A stretch of 64,000 nucleotides of DNA from Methyloversatilis sp. (GTDB lineage: Bacteria; Pseudomonadota; Gammaproteobacteria; Burkholderiales; Rhodocyclaceae). The notes under the pieces are model-generated. The model worked only from the letters and a program-made list of their open reading frames with translations, had not been told where the DNA came from and did no database searches. The stretch lies in assembly GCF_051861465.1 (NCBI RefSeq), contig NZ_JBHYCQ010000007.1:140321-204320 (forward strand), in the 5' to 3' direction. A program made the position numbers and the translations under genes. Shown in pieces: positions 8,510 through 18,254 of this stretch; position 1 is the stretch's first letter, and each line of letters starts with the position of its first letter.

Positions 8510-9187
8510 TCAGTCGCCTCCTCCGCCGCAACCACCGCCGTCACCGCCCCCGTCCGATCCACCGTCGCCGAAGCCATCGGTGCTGCCGTCGACGCCGTCG
8601 CTGCAGAAGTCGCTGCCGCAGTAGGGCGTGCCGCCGCCGCTGTCTGCGCCGGCGCGCCGCACGCCGCCGCAATCCGGCAGGTAACTGAACCCGCCGGCGA
8701 TGTTCAGCTTGGCGTCCAGCGCGAACAGCAGCGGCAGACGGCTCGGTGCGCGCGGGTCGATGTGCTCTTCGCGGCAGGCGAACCACCAGCAGCGGCGCAG
8801 GCCTGCGTTCTTCAGCCGGTCGTCGGTCAGCACCACCGCCGGCGTGTGGTGCAGGAAGCGGCCGAAGCCCTGGCGGCAGAAGCTGTCGTAATTCTTCGTG
8901 CACAGAATGAATTCGTGCCACAGGTCATCCACCACCTGACTGGGCATGGCCACGAATTTGCGGCCGCTCTTCAGGTGCGCCAGGAAGAACTGACGCAGTC
9001 CGTTCGCCACGAGCTGACAGTCCTTCAGCGACAGTTGCGGGTGACGCGCACGCAGCTTTTCGAACAGGCCCTTGGGCAGTTCGGCATGGCGGATATGCGC
9101 TTCGCGGCGCAGCGCGACATAGCGCAGGTGAAACACCAGCGCCACCCCCACGGCGGCGATGGCGAGGACGACGAGCAGTGGATGCAT
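8510..9187 (-). CDS. Membrane-anchored glycine-rich-domain (GRDP-like) protein
   Basis: N-terminal TM; PSQVVDDLWHEFIL...Y..FC...FGRFLHH motif; Gly/Asp tail ending GGGCGGGGD. Confidence 0.75.
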   Translation of the reverse strand: MHPLLVVLAIAAVGVALVFHLRYVALRREAHIRHAELPKGLFEKLRARHPQLSLKDCQLVANGLRQFFLAHLKSGRKFVAMPSQVVDDLWHEFILCTKNYDSFCRQGFGRFLHHTPAVVLTDDRLKNAGLRRCWWFACREEHIDPRAPSRLPLLFALDAKLNIAGGFSYLPDCGGVRRAGADSGGGTPYCGSDFCSDGVDGSTDGFGDGGSDGGGDGGGCGGGGD

Positions 9188-9209
9188 GGACCGGTTCGAT
9201 CGCTCCGCT

Positions 9210-9995
9210 TCAGCCTGCCTTCGGCACGACGCCATGTCCCGGCAGCAGATGCTCACTGCCCGGCGGAAGGTGGAAGGTGCTTTTGAAGTTGGTATTCCAC
9301 AACGTGTTGAGGGTGGCGCTCTGGTTTTCGTCCAGTTCCCCGAACACTTCGGAATCGACCAGCCTTTCCGCCGAGATGATGGTGGGCGACACGATCTGCG
9401 CACCCGAAAGCACCTCGAAAAACGCCAGGCCGGCATAGATGCCGCTCTGGCCGCAGTGCGGCACCACCTGAATCACCGCCGGCTCATTGCTGGTGTCGAC
9501 GTTGCGACCGATCAACAGCAGCCGCGACTGGACCGGAAATCCGTAGTACTTGTATTTCATCGTCCGGCCCGCGCTGGTCCTGTATTGAAAGGCCGCGTGC
9601 AGGTAACCCGGCAACTCCAGGTTTCCGAAATCGAAATCCCGATACACCCAGATCGACTTGCCGTCCCGCACGGTCAGCAGATAGCCGTAGAACTTCTTCC
9701 GCAGCGGCATCAGCTCCTCTTCCTTGGAACGCCAGGGCACGACCAGCAGTTCATTGATCATGCGCAGCACCCCCTCGAAGGGCGCCGGCGAAAAAACCTG
9801 GGTAATGACGGACGTGAGCCCGAACGCCAGCGTCACACTGCCGACCGACGTGAGTACTTTCTGGACGAACGAATCGGGTACGAAGTGCGCCAGCAGAAGA
9901 ATGAGAAACCCGACAATGAACAGCAGGGAGAGGCTGAACAGCTTCTGACGCTTGTCGCGCAAAGCCACCACTTCGGTCGACGCAGTTTTATTCAT
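9210..9995 (-). CDS. Hypothetical protein, two N-terminal TM helices plus a beta-rich domain
   Basis: Clean 261-aa ORF with GAGG RBS; somewhat lower GC than its neighbours. Confidence 0.7.
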   Translation of the reverse strand: MNKTASTEVVALRDKRQKLFSLSLLFIVGFLILLLAHFVPDSFVQKVLTSVGSVTLAFGLTSVITQVFSPAPFEGVLRMINELLVVPWRSKEEELMPLRKKFYGYLLTVRDGKSIWVYRDFDFGNLELPGYLHAAFQYRTSAGRTMKYKYYGFPVQSRLLLIGRNVDTSNEPAVIQVVPHCGQSGIYAGLAFFEVLSGAQIVSPTIISAERLVDSEVFGELDENQSATLNTLWNTNFKSTFHLPPGSEHLLPGHGVVPKAG

Positions 9996-10283
9996 GAAAA
10001 CCTCGGGAAATTGCGCCTTCAATCTGCCAAGGCGGGACTTCGGTTCATCGTTCTTTCTTAGCGCGCAATGCTGACGTGCGCGGCTGCCGCGTGGAATGGT
10101 AACGGCGGCGGACCTCGGGGTTCAAACGATTTGCAGGCATGTTTGCGCATTCGGACTGCAATCGCTGCCGGAGCAGCCGAGCGGATCGCCCGCTGGCAGA
10201 ACGGCTCAGGTGCAGAGACCGATCCGTGAAGCATAATTCCGATCTCATGCATTCAGCGGCGCACGGAAACCCGGCGGATCGTT

Positions 10284-10841
10284 ATGGCACGAATCGAAGG
10301 CAAGCTCGCGAAGTGGAATGACGACCGGGGGTTCGGCTTCATCGAACCGACCCACGGCGGCGACGAAGTGTTCGTGCATATTTCCGCCCTCCCGCGCGAC
10401 GGGCGCCGGCCGATGAATGGAGAAACCCTGCTGTTCGAGGTGCAGACCGACGCGCAGGGCCGCAAGCGCGCGGCGTCCGTCGAGCGCCCGGGCCGCGTTG
10501 CGTCCCCGGCGTACGAGACGCGTCGGCCATCGGCATCGCGCAGCACGGAACGTCAAGGCACCGGGCTGTTCGGCTATCTGTCGCTGATCGCGATAGTCGG
10601 GCTTGGTGGCTACCTGATCTATGGCCAGATCGACGCGCACCTCGTGCAACGCATTAACGGAACTGCACCAGTCAATTCCGGCTCGTCAGCGAACGCAAAC
10701 TTCCGCTGCGACGGCCGCCAGCATTGCAGTGAGATGACGTCCTGCGACGAGGCGACCTTCTTCAACAAGAACTGTCCAGACACGAAGATGGACGGTGATA
10801 ACGATGGCGTGCCGTGCGAGCAGCAGTGCTCGGCTTTCTGA
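10284..10841 (+). CDS. Cold-shock domain - TM - Excalibur Ca-binding domain protein
   Basis: KWNDDRGFGFI/VFVHISA (CSD), a central TM segment, and C-terminal CDGRQHCSEMTSC...DGDNDGVPCE. Confidence 0.88.
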   Translation: MARIEGKLAKWNDDRGFGFIEPTHGGDEVFVHISALPRDGRRPMNGETLLFEVQTDAQGRKRAASVERPGRVASPAYETRRPSASRSTERQGTGLFGYLSLIAIVGLGGYLIYGQIDAHLVQRINGTAPVNSGSSANANFRCDGRQHCSEMTSCDEATFFNKNCPDTKMDGDNDGVPCEQQCSAF

Positions 10842-10992
10842 GCCGAAGTCCGTCACGCGAACCATTGTCCTTCCGGCGATGCGAAATCGCTCACGCCGCC
10901 CGTCATGCCCGGCTTGCTGGCCGCATGGCTGCCAACGATGATCGGGATTCGTAGAGATCACGTCGATCTCTTCCGCCATCGGGAGCCCACTG

Positions 10993-11982
10993 ATGAAAGC
11001 GACCACCGTCCTTGCGAGCCTGCTCGCGTGCAGCACCTTCAATGCCTTCGCCGTCACGCTGCCGCCTGAACCGGTGGCACGCGACGACCTGTTTGAACTG
11101 ACCGGCCTCACGCTCAGCATTTCGGCGCCTGGCATTCTGGCGAACGACAGCGGCACCGGCGTGATCGTCAGCAGCTTCTTCGATCCGGGGTCGGGCACGC
11201 TGAACAACGTGGTCACCAACGGCGCCTTCCTGTACACGCCCGAGCGGGGCTTTGCCGGCACGACGACGTTCAGCTACGCCATCCTCGACGAGTACAACCG
11301 CGCATCGAGCGCCACGGTCACGATCGATGCCAGCACGACGCTGCCCCAGGCACGCGACGACTATTACACCCTGAGCGACCTGACCCTCGACGTGTCGGCG
11401 CCGGGTCTGCTGGCCAATGACCGCGGCGGCATCGGCGAGGTCATCGTGTCCAGCTACTTCGACCCGACCTCGGGCACGCTGAACAACGTGGTGACCAACG
11501 GCAGCTTCAGATACACCCCTGAGTACGGCTTCGCCGGTGTAGCGAGCTTCACTTACAGCAGCGTGGACGAGCTCGGCCGCAACGCCAGCGCCACCGTGTT
11601 CATCGATACCGCCGCGTCGATTCCGGTGGCGTTCGACGACACCTTCACGGTGCTCAGCGGCGGCACGCTCGACATCCTTGCGCCCGGCCTGCTGGCAAAC
11701 GATCGCGGCGGCATCGGCGACGTCATGGTGTCGAGTTTCTTCGATCCGAGCAGCGGTACGCTGGACAGCGTCATCACCAATGGCAGCTTCCGCTACCTCG
11801 CCGACCCGGGCTTTACCGGTCTGGCGACCTTCCAGTACTTCTCGATCGACGAACTCGGCCGCTCGAGCTCGGCGCGGGTCAATATCAATGTGGTGGCAGT
11901 CCCCGAACCGGGCACCTGGGCCATGATGCTGGCCGGACTGGCTGCTGTCGGATACGCCGGTCGGCGCCGCGCGGCGACCTGA
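10993..11982 (+). CDS. PEP-CTERM protein with three tandem Ig/cadherin-like repeats
   Basis: Three ~96-aa repeats (A.DD.....L...APGLLAND...GTL..V.TNG.F.Y.P..GF.G...F.Y...DE..R...A.V.I); VPEPGTWAMMLAGL tail. Confidence 0.92.
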   Translation: MKATTVLASLLACSTFNAFAVTLPPEPVARDDLFELTGLTLSISAPGILANDSGTGVIVSSFFDPGSGTLNNVVTNGAFLYTPERGFAGTTTFSYAILDEYNRASSATVTIDASTTLPQARDDYYTLSDLTLDVSAPGLLANDRGGIGEVIVSSYFDPTSGTLNNVVTNGSFRYTPEYGFAGVASFTYSSVDELGRNASATVFIDTAASIPVAFDDTFTVLSGGTLDILAPGLLANDRGGIGDVMVSSFFDPSSGTLDSVITNGSFRYLADPGFTGLATFQYFSIDELGRSSSARVNINVVAVPEPGTWAMMLAGLAAVGYAGRRRAAT

Positions 11983-12069
11983 GCGCGCTGCACAGGCTGA
12001 GCGCAGCGGCCGCGCCCCTCCGGCGGCCGTCGCGGGTCGATGAATGCCTGGCCTCCCGCCGGGCAACGT

Positions 12070-13224
12070 TCAGCCGTGCCGCCGCGCGGCCCGCGCGCGC
12101 ACCCTGCGGACGTGACGCCGCATGTCTTCGATGGCGTAGGCAGGCCAGCGCGTAGTCTGCGGATCGGCGCGCAGCGCCTGTTCGATTTCGTCGCACATCT
12201 CGATCAGGCGCGGGTTGCCGGTCAGTTCGGCGCACAGCAGCAGCGTGGGGTGCAGCGGATGGGTGTACAGGCGTGACGCGCTGAGCGGCGTCGTGCAGTA
12301 CAAGGCTTCATAGCCGGCCAGTGACTCGACGGCACGCAGCAACGGCAGCAGGCGGGCCTTCATGGCGCGCTCGAGCCACCGGATCACCGGTTCGATCTGC
12401 ACCGCATCGGTCAGCGGAATGAACCCGGACAGATGCTGTGCCGGCAGCGGCTGCAGCGGCACCGGCCAGTCACCCAGCCAGCACTCCAATGGATAGAACG
12501 AAGTGCCCGCGAGCTCCCGCGACACGCGCGCACCGTCGAGTACGGCATCTTCATAGACCGCCTGCGCCAGCACGGTGAGCCGGCTGCTGCCTTCCATATG
12601 AATGCCGTAAGCGTTCGGGCGGTCGTCAATGGCGCGCAGCCGTATCGTGTGATCGCCCCACGCGCCCTGCTGCCTGAACACGCTGATTTCGTAATCGCGC
12701 TGCGAAAACTCATACGGATAGCGCTCGAAGCCGTTCTGTTCGAGCAGCGGCAGCAAGGCCGCTTCGAGGCGCTGCATCAGCGCCTGCTTGCCCGGCAGCG
12801 CCCGCTGCGCCTGCCAGGCGCGGTAGCGCTCGTCGAGCCGTGCGGCGATCCGGTCGTAATTGGCCCAGGTGTTGGGCACCTTGCAGAAGGCGTCATCTTC
12901 GAGCGTGTCGATGGCGAACACCTGGCGGTAATCGTCGACGTAGCGCTGCGCGTAATACGCCTGCGTGAAGGCGTTGCCGCGTTCGTTCAGGTCTTGCGTC
13001 GTGAGCTTGCCGTCGCACTGCTGCCACAGCAGCGCGCAGCCGCTCAGCGTGCGCTGGCCGACAGGCGCCCTATACGCATCGAACGTCGCAGCCGCCAGAT
13101 CGTTGTTGAGCGCCCACGCAAGATAGAAACCGATATGCGTGGCGCTTGCCTCGTCGGGATCCGGAAGTTCGGTTTCGAAGTTGAGCAGATAGGATTCTGC
13201 ATCGTCGTAGCGGTTTGAGACCAT
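12070..13224 (-). CDS. Hypothetical two-domain protein
   Basis: 384-aa ORF; the N-terminal YDDA...ATHIG.YLAW...DGKL...DLNE.GNAFT..YY pattern is a recognisable but uncharacterised family. Confidence 0.75.
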   Translation of the reverse strand: MVSNRYDDAESYLLNFETELPDPDEASATHIGFYLAWALNNDLAAATFDAYRAPVGQRTLSGCALLWQQCDGKLTTQDLNERGNAFTQAYYAQRYVDDYRQVFAIDTLEDDAFCKVPNTWANYDRIAARLDERYRAWQAQRALPGKQALMQRLEAALLPLLEQNGFERYPYEFSQRDYEISVFRQQGAWGDHTIRLRAIDDRPNAYGIHMEGSSRLTVLAQAVYEDAVLDGARVSRELAGTSFYPLECWLGDWPVPLQPLPAQHLSGFIPLTDAVQIEPVIRWLERAMKARLLPLLRAVESLAGYEALYCTTPLSASRLYTHPLHPTLLLCAELTGNPRLIEMCDEIEQALRADPQTTRWPAYAIEDMRRHVRRVRARAARRHG

Positions 13225-13360
13225 CTTCCGGGCGTCCTCATGCGCGAGAAGTGAGAAGGCATAAACGGTGTGAAAGCCACTTTAGCGAAAAGTGATCACA
13301 CGCGCCGGGCGGGTGCGGTGGGCAGGGCGGGTGGAGACTGCAGGACACGACAGCGCCAGG

Positions 13361-13377
13361 TGTCGGCGTTCTTTACA
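13361..13377 (+). promoter_or_regulatory. 17-bp PEP-CTERM enhancer-like motif (second copy)
   Basis: TGTCGG-CGTT-CTTTACA, 75 bp upstream of a GG-N10-GC element. Confidence 0.65.
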
Positions 13378-13451
13378 GCGCGGCTCGGACGGACAGTGCC
13401 CTCCCGCAACACGCCCTTGATTCAATGCCGTTATTCGTCAATCCCGAGGTG

Positions 13452-13467
13452 GGGCGTACTTCTTGCT
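13452..13467 (+). promoter_or_regulatory. sigma54 -24/-12 promoter
   Basis: GGGCGTA-CTTC-TTGCT (GG-N10-GC). Confidence 0.6.
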
Positions 13468-13837
13468 AGCTCGCAGCCGGCCGTCTACACATTCAACCGG
13501 GTACACCATGACGACGCGTGAGCTGAGTGCAGCGATGGCAGGTGGCGTGCCGTCCCTCATGCCGAGCCGTCGGCGGGTCAGCCCCTCAGGACGCGCGAAA
13601 ACCATGCCCTGATCCTGCTCCCTTTGCCGCCCCCGGTCGCTGCGACCACGGCGGCGCAGTTCTCCCCGCGGCGTCGAAGCAGTCCATGGGCTGCCTCAGA
13701 GGCCTCCGTTCTCCCACTCGCGATGTCCCGACGTCCACACGAGCCCTCGCTCCTTGTTTGCATACCCTGCAGCGCGCCGTGCCGGCGGGGCATGCCGCGC
13801 ACGTTTCATCCGTCTTCTCAACGGCACCTGGTGATCC

Positions 13838-15067
13838 ATGAAAACTCGAACACACCTCAAACTGGGCATGCTGGCCGTGGCCATGCTGGCCGTCAGCGGC
13901 AGCGCCCGTGCGGCAACATCGATCGACATCAGCGTCAACGGCGTCTACAGCCTCGTCAACGCGATCAACTTTCAGCCGGGGCAGGAATTGATTTCGGTCT
14001 CCATCGCCGAAGAAAACGCCTTTGCCCGGTATCTGTCGTCATCGCTGACGATGAAAGTCCTGTCGCTCGGTGTGCGCGGCGAGCTGGCCGCGGCGCCGCC
14101 CAATATCGAACGTGTCGCACTGTTTGCTGAAATCAGCGCAACCGCTCCCCCGGCCCCGCTGGTCTACAGCGCCCAGGCCGGCACCGTGGTGCTGCAATCC
14201 GATCTGGGGGCCACCGGCGGCGCCGAAATATTCACCCAGACGAAGACGCAACCGTATCTGTCGAGTATCCGGATGGACTTTTCAGAAGATGCCAGCCGTA
14301 CCATCGTGTTCACGGACTCGTCCGAAGCCACGCTGTTGCCAAAGTATGGCTACGGACCGCTCAGTCCGATCGCCGTGTCGCAGATCCGGGGCAGCCTGAC
14401 CGGCACGATGGCGCTGAAGAGCGAATACAGCGTCAATTACCGGGTCGACAGCGCATTCGACCGGTTTCTGGGCTGGCTCGACAACGTCAATGCCACCGAC
14501 TTCAGCATATACAACGCGGTGAAGCGCGCGATCCTCCAGCACCAGCAGGAGAAGTGGGAGCACGCAACGCCTACCGAACGCAAACTGTTCTGGAGAAGCC
14601 GCAATGGCGGGACGGGTATCCGGGGCGAGGTGATATTCGAGGGCATTTCGGTCCATACGGCGTCGCCCGGCGTTCTGGTCTATACCGCGACGCTGCCCGA
14701 CGCCCCGACCATGGACGTGCCGCTTGCATTCACGCAGAACAATGTCGGTGCCGTGCTGGACGTGGCGTTCGACGGGCAGACGCTGGCCAGCTTTCGCGGC
14801 GATGACTACCTGACCGACGAAATCAACCTGCTCAACATCGACATTTCCAGCTTTGCCGGCAGGACCGGCGAGCTGACGTTCACGATCAACACCAGCGGCC
14901 CCGACAGCGCGGAAATCTTCGTGGCCGAGCGCCTCGGCGGTCTCAAGTTCGCGGCCACCTCGCTCACGCCGGTGCCCGAACCCGGCACCTGGGCGATGAT
15001 GCTGGCGGGTCTGGCAGTCTTGGCCGGCTGCGCGGGTCGCCGGCGCCGGACAGAAACGCATCACTGA
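13838..15067 (+). CDS. PEP-CTERM protein with an unassigned 350-aa body
   Basis: Signal peptide ending in ARA; VPEPGTWAMMLAGLAVLAGCAGRRRR tail. Confidence 0.9.
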   Translation: MKTRTHLKLGMLAVAMLAVSGSARAATSIDISVNGVYSLVNAINFQPGQELISVSIAEENAFARYLSSSLTMKVLSLGVRGELAAAPPNIERVALFAEISATAPPAPLVYSAQAGTVVLQSDLGATGGAEIFTQTKTQPYLSSIRMDFSEDASRTIVFTDSSEATLLPKYGYGPLSPIAVSQIRGSLTGTMALKSEYSVNYRVDSAFDRFLGWLDNVNATDFSIYNAVKRAILQHQQEKWEHATPTERKLFWRSRNGGTGIRGEVIFEGISVHTASPGVLVYTATLPDAPTMDVPLAFTQNNVGAVLDVAFDGQTLASFRGDDYLTDEINLLNIDISSFAGRTGELTFTINTSGPDSAEIFVAERLGGLKFAATSLTPVPEPGTWAMMLAGLAVLAGCAGRRRRTETHH

Positions 15068-15093
15068 GTCGCAGCACTGGTGACGCAGTTTCT

Positions 15094-15175
15094 GTGGGAG
15101 CGGCGGCCTCGCCGCGATCAGTGCCGCGATGATCGCATTGCAACGTGCGCATCGCGGCGAGGCCGCCGCTCCCAC
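15094..15175. repeat. REP doublet (REPIN), GTGG-GCGGCG class
   Basis: Two inverted copies of GTGG-GA-GCGGCG-GCCT-CGCCGC-GAT; the spacer is shared with the 29.1 kb and 52.8 kb copies. Confidence 0.9.
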
Positions 15176-15193
15176 AGGGGCCCCTCCCGCGCT

Positions 15194-16390
15194 TCAGCCG
15201 AACACCGGCAGTGGTGCGAAGCGGCCCTTGAGTATCGTGTCGGCGGCGCCGACCTTGAGCCAGCCGTCGATGGCGCTGGCGTACACCGAGCGGAAGTCGG
15301 TGGTGTGGACAAGATTGTCGCCTGCGTCCAGCGCGCCCAGATCGGATGGCGTGCCGTAGTGGCCGCCCTTGACCTGCCTGCCGGCGAAGAACATGACGTT
15401 GGCGGTGCCGTGGTCGGTGCCCAGACTGGTGTTCTCCGGTACCCGGCGCCCGAACTCGGAAAAGATCAGCAGACTGACGCGGTCGGCCTGACCGATGCGT
15501 TCCATGTCGCGCAGGAAGCCGTGGATCGAATCTGAGGTGTAGGTGAGCAGACGCTGATGCAGGTCGGACTGCTGCACGTGGGTATCGAACGCGTTGTTGC
15601 GATAGCCGACGTAGTACAGACGCGTCGGCAAGCCGGCCGCAATGCAGGCGGCCACCTTCGGCAGGCCGAGCGGGAGGATGCCGTAGTCCTGCGGGGTCTT
15701 GTACTTCGACCACGCGTCGCGCACCGCCAGGGACGATTCGCGCGCGCTGACCGCCACCTGTTCGAGGAAGCGGCGCGACGGGTTGTCCGCACTCGCCACG
15801 CTCACGTCGTCGAGCAGCGCGCGCGCCTGGTGGAAGGCGCTGCGCACGAAGCGGTCCGGCTCGTCGAACACCACCGGCGTATGCACGCGGCTGCGCACCG
15901 CGAGCGACTGCGAGGTGTCGATGTTGAGCAGGTAGTTCGGCACCGCTGCGGGCGACATGGCGTCGGCCAGCCGGCCGACCCAGCCGTAGTCGTCGCCGCT
16001 GTTCGGCGTTGCCGTGTGCAGGTAGGCCATCGACGTGAAGTGCGAGAACGACGGATTGTCATAGCCGCAACCATGCACGATGGCAAGCCGGCCGTCCTTC
16101 CACAGCCGTTCGAAACCGGCCATGCCCGGGTTGAGGCCGAAGCGGTCGTCGAGCTTGCGCGCCTTGGCCGGGCGGATGCCGATGGTCGGCCGCAAGCGAT
16201 AGTAACGGTCGTCGGCGTAAGGCACGACGGTGTTCAGGCCGTCGTTGCCGCCGGACATTTCGAACACCACCAGGATGCGGTCTTCGGCTTCGGCCGCCGC
16301 GGCAGCGCGCGCGATGGTGCCGAAGACGCCGGACATCATCAACCCGGCGGACGCCTTCAGGATGCGGCGGCGGTTATGGTCTGTGGTCAT
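15194..16390 (-). CDS. DUF1501-family Tat-exported protein
   Basis: RRRILK Tat motif; GGNDGLNT, SHF.SM, FDTH, FSEFGRR, GTDHG. Confidence 0.92.
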   Translation of the reverse strand: MTTDHNRRRILKASAGLMMSGVFGTIARAAAAAEAEDRILVVFEMSGGNDGLNTVVPYADDRYYRLRPTIGIRPAKARKLDDRFGLNPGMAGFERLWKDGRLAIVHGCGYDNPSFSHFTSMAYLHTATPNSGDDYGWVGRLADAMSPAAVPNYLLNIDTSQSLAVRSRVHTPVVFDEPDRFVRSAFHQARALLDDVSVASADNPSRRFLEQVAVSARESSLAVRDAWSKYKTPQDYGILPLGLPKVAACIAAGLPTRLYYVGYRNNAFDTHVQQSDLHQRLLTYTSDSIHGFLRDMERIGQADRVSLLIFSEFGRRVPENTSLGTDHGTANVMFFAGRQVKGGHYGTPSDLGALDAGDNLVHTTDFRSVYASAIDGWLKVGAADTILKGRFAPLPVFG

Positions 16391-16430
16391 GGTGCGGACT
16401 CCTGCAGCGCGGGGCGTGGGTGCGCTCGGC

Positions 16431-18254
16431 TCAGCCGAGTTGATATTCGGGCCGGCTCAGCAGCACATGCAGCAGCAGGCGCAGCGAATCTTCGGCGTAG
16501 GTGGCGGTGGCCTTCATGTCACGCGTGCCCAGTTCCTGTTCCAGGAAGGCTGACAGCTTGTGTCGCGTCGCCGCGTCGAGCTGCACCGACAGGAAGCGGC
16601 GTTCCAGATAGGTGACCACCTCTTCCGGCGTGCTGCAGCCGGCGTTCAGCACCATGCCGGTCAGATCCAGCCGGGCCACCGTGCGCGAAATCGGCTTGAC
16701 CCGCTCGACCGCCATCTGCCAGCCGCGATAGCTGCCGTAGCGCGTATTGAAGTCTTCGTCGCGGTCGCCGCTGAGGGTGGACATCGCCATCATTTCCATG
16801 CCGCCGTCGGCACCGCCCGGTTTGGTGGCGGTGGTCAGGTCGAGGCCGCTGCGGATGCGTTCATGCACGTAGCGGATTTCATAGCCGGCCTGCGCGGCCG
16901 GATAGCGGTCGCCGGGAATGTAATTGATGTCCGGCAGCGCCACATCGAGTGCAAAGTTGCCGCGCTCCAACAGCAGACCCGGCGTGATCCAGCTGCGCCC
17001 CTGGGGCCAGCCGGCCACGGTCGGCGGATGCATCAGGCGCTGGCCGAGCGCGGCCGTGGTTTCGTTGAAGTCGGGTACGCCGGGCACTTGAGTCAGGCCA
17101 AGCTTGCGATAGGTGGACACCACCAGTTCGACCGGTCCCTTGATGCGCGTCGCCACCGACTCGGGCGCATGGAAGTCGCGCGACATCAGCAGCATTTCGA
17201 GGAAGGCCGCGATGTCATAGTTGACCGCTTTGAGACGCCGGCCCAGTTCGTCGGCCAGCGCCGGATCGACATCGTCGCGCACGAACTGGCGGTACAGCTT
17301 CGCTGCCAGAAAGCGCGGCGTGACCGGCTGGTCGAGAATGATGTCGATCACCTGCACGCCGTCGAAGTTGCCACGCCGGCCCAGCACCTCCTTGCTTGCG
17401 TCGTCGTGCTTGGCGGCGTCGATGTGGAAGGCCACGCCCTCGAAGTTCCAGCCGGTGAAGGCACGGGCCGCTTCGCGGATGTCGTGCTCGCTGTAGTGCC
17501 CGACACCCATGGTGAACAGCTCCATGATTTCGCGGGCGAAGTTCTCGTTCGGTGCGCCCTTCACGTTCACGCCGGCGTCGAGGAAGGCCAGCATGGCCGG
17601 GTCCTGCGCGACGCCGATCAGCAATGTGCGGAAGTTGCCCAGCCCCTGGCGCTGGAACAGTTCCAGCTGGTTCAGCATCTTGCGGTAGTCGCGCACCTTG
17701 TCTTCATTGGTGGCGAAGTGGCCGTGCCAGAACAGCGCCATCCTTTCCTGCAGCGGGCGCGGCGACGTGAGCATACGGTTCGCCCACCAGTAGGCGACGC
17801 GGTCGGTTTCGAGCTTGCTGGCGCGCAGCCAGTAGAAGAACTTGTTCACCACCGGCTGCATGCGACGGTTGCCGCCGTCCTTCACGCGGACGCCAATCAC
17901 CTCGCCTTTGTCGCGGGCAGCATCGGTGGTGGCCGGCCGGCTGGCCGGGAAGGGGTCCAGCCCCTCTTCGAATACGCCGGAGTGATCGAACGGCGGCAGT
18001 TCGGCAGCGGGCGCGCCTTCGAAGTACACGAGGCGGCGCACCGCTTCGGCGGGCGTCAGGCGGGCGAATGCGTCGATGTCGTCTGGCGTGCCACCGAAGC
18101 CGGCACGTTCGAGCAGATGCGCGGCGCGCGCCCTGTTCCAGTCGGACGGGCCGATCGGGGCCAGATCGCCGGCAAACGGCGATGCGGCCGACGACAGGGT
18201 GCTGAACAGAACGATCGCGAAGGCAACGAGCGCGGTCAGGGGGAATCGGGACAT
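16431..18254 (-). CDS. DUF1800-family protein
   Basis: AAHLLERAGFG, LFWHGHFAT, PNENFAREIMELFTMG, PPTVAGW, RPEYQL. Start placed at MSRFPL (18254). Confidence 0.92.
   Translation of the reverse strand: MSRFPLTALVAFAIVLFSTLSSAASPFAGDLAPIGPSDWNRARAAHLLERAGFGGTPDDIDAFARLTPAEAVRRLVYFEGAPAAELPPFDHSGVFEEGLDPFPASRPATTDAARDKGEVIGVRVKDGGNRRMQPVVNKFFYWLRASKLETDRVAYWWANRMLTSPRPLQERMALFWHGHFATNEDKVRDYRKMLNQLELFQRQGLGNFRTLLIGVAQDPAMLAFLDAGVNVKGAPNENFAREIMELFTMGVGHYSEHDIREAARAFTGWNFEGVAFHIDAAKHDDASKEVLGRRGNFDGVQVIDIILDQPVTPRFLAAKLYRQFVRDDVDPALADELGRRLKAVNYDIAAFLEMLLMSRDFHAPESVATRIKGPVELVVSTYRKLGLTQVPGVPDFNETTAALGQRLMHPPTVAGWPQGRSWITPGLLLERGNFALDVALPDINYIPGDRYPAAQAGYEIRYVHERIRSGLDLTTATKPGGADGGMEMMAMSTLSGDRDEDFNTRYGSYRGWQMAVERVKPISRTVARLDLTGMVLNAGCSTPEEVVTYLERRFLSVQLDAATRHKLSAFLEQELGTRDMKATATYAEDSLRLLLHVLLSRPEYQLG

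Noticed and set aside
9210-9995. CBASS Cap15-type 2TM/beta-barrel effector
   Set aside because: The resemblance is architectural only; no CD-NTase or other CBASS gene is nearby.
10240-10290. GTTATGG at the start of the cold-shock/Excalibur gene as an integron core site
   Set aside because: No attC-like palindrome precedes or follows the gene, and its GC is genome-typical.
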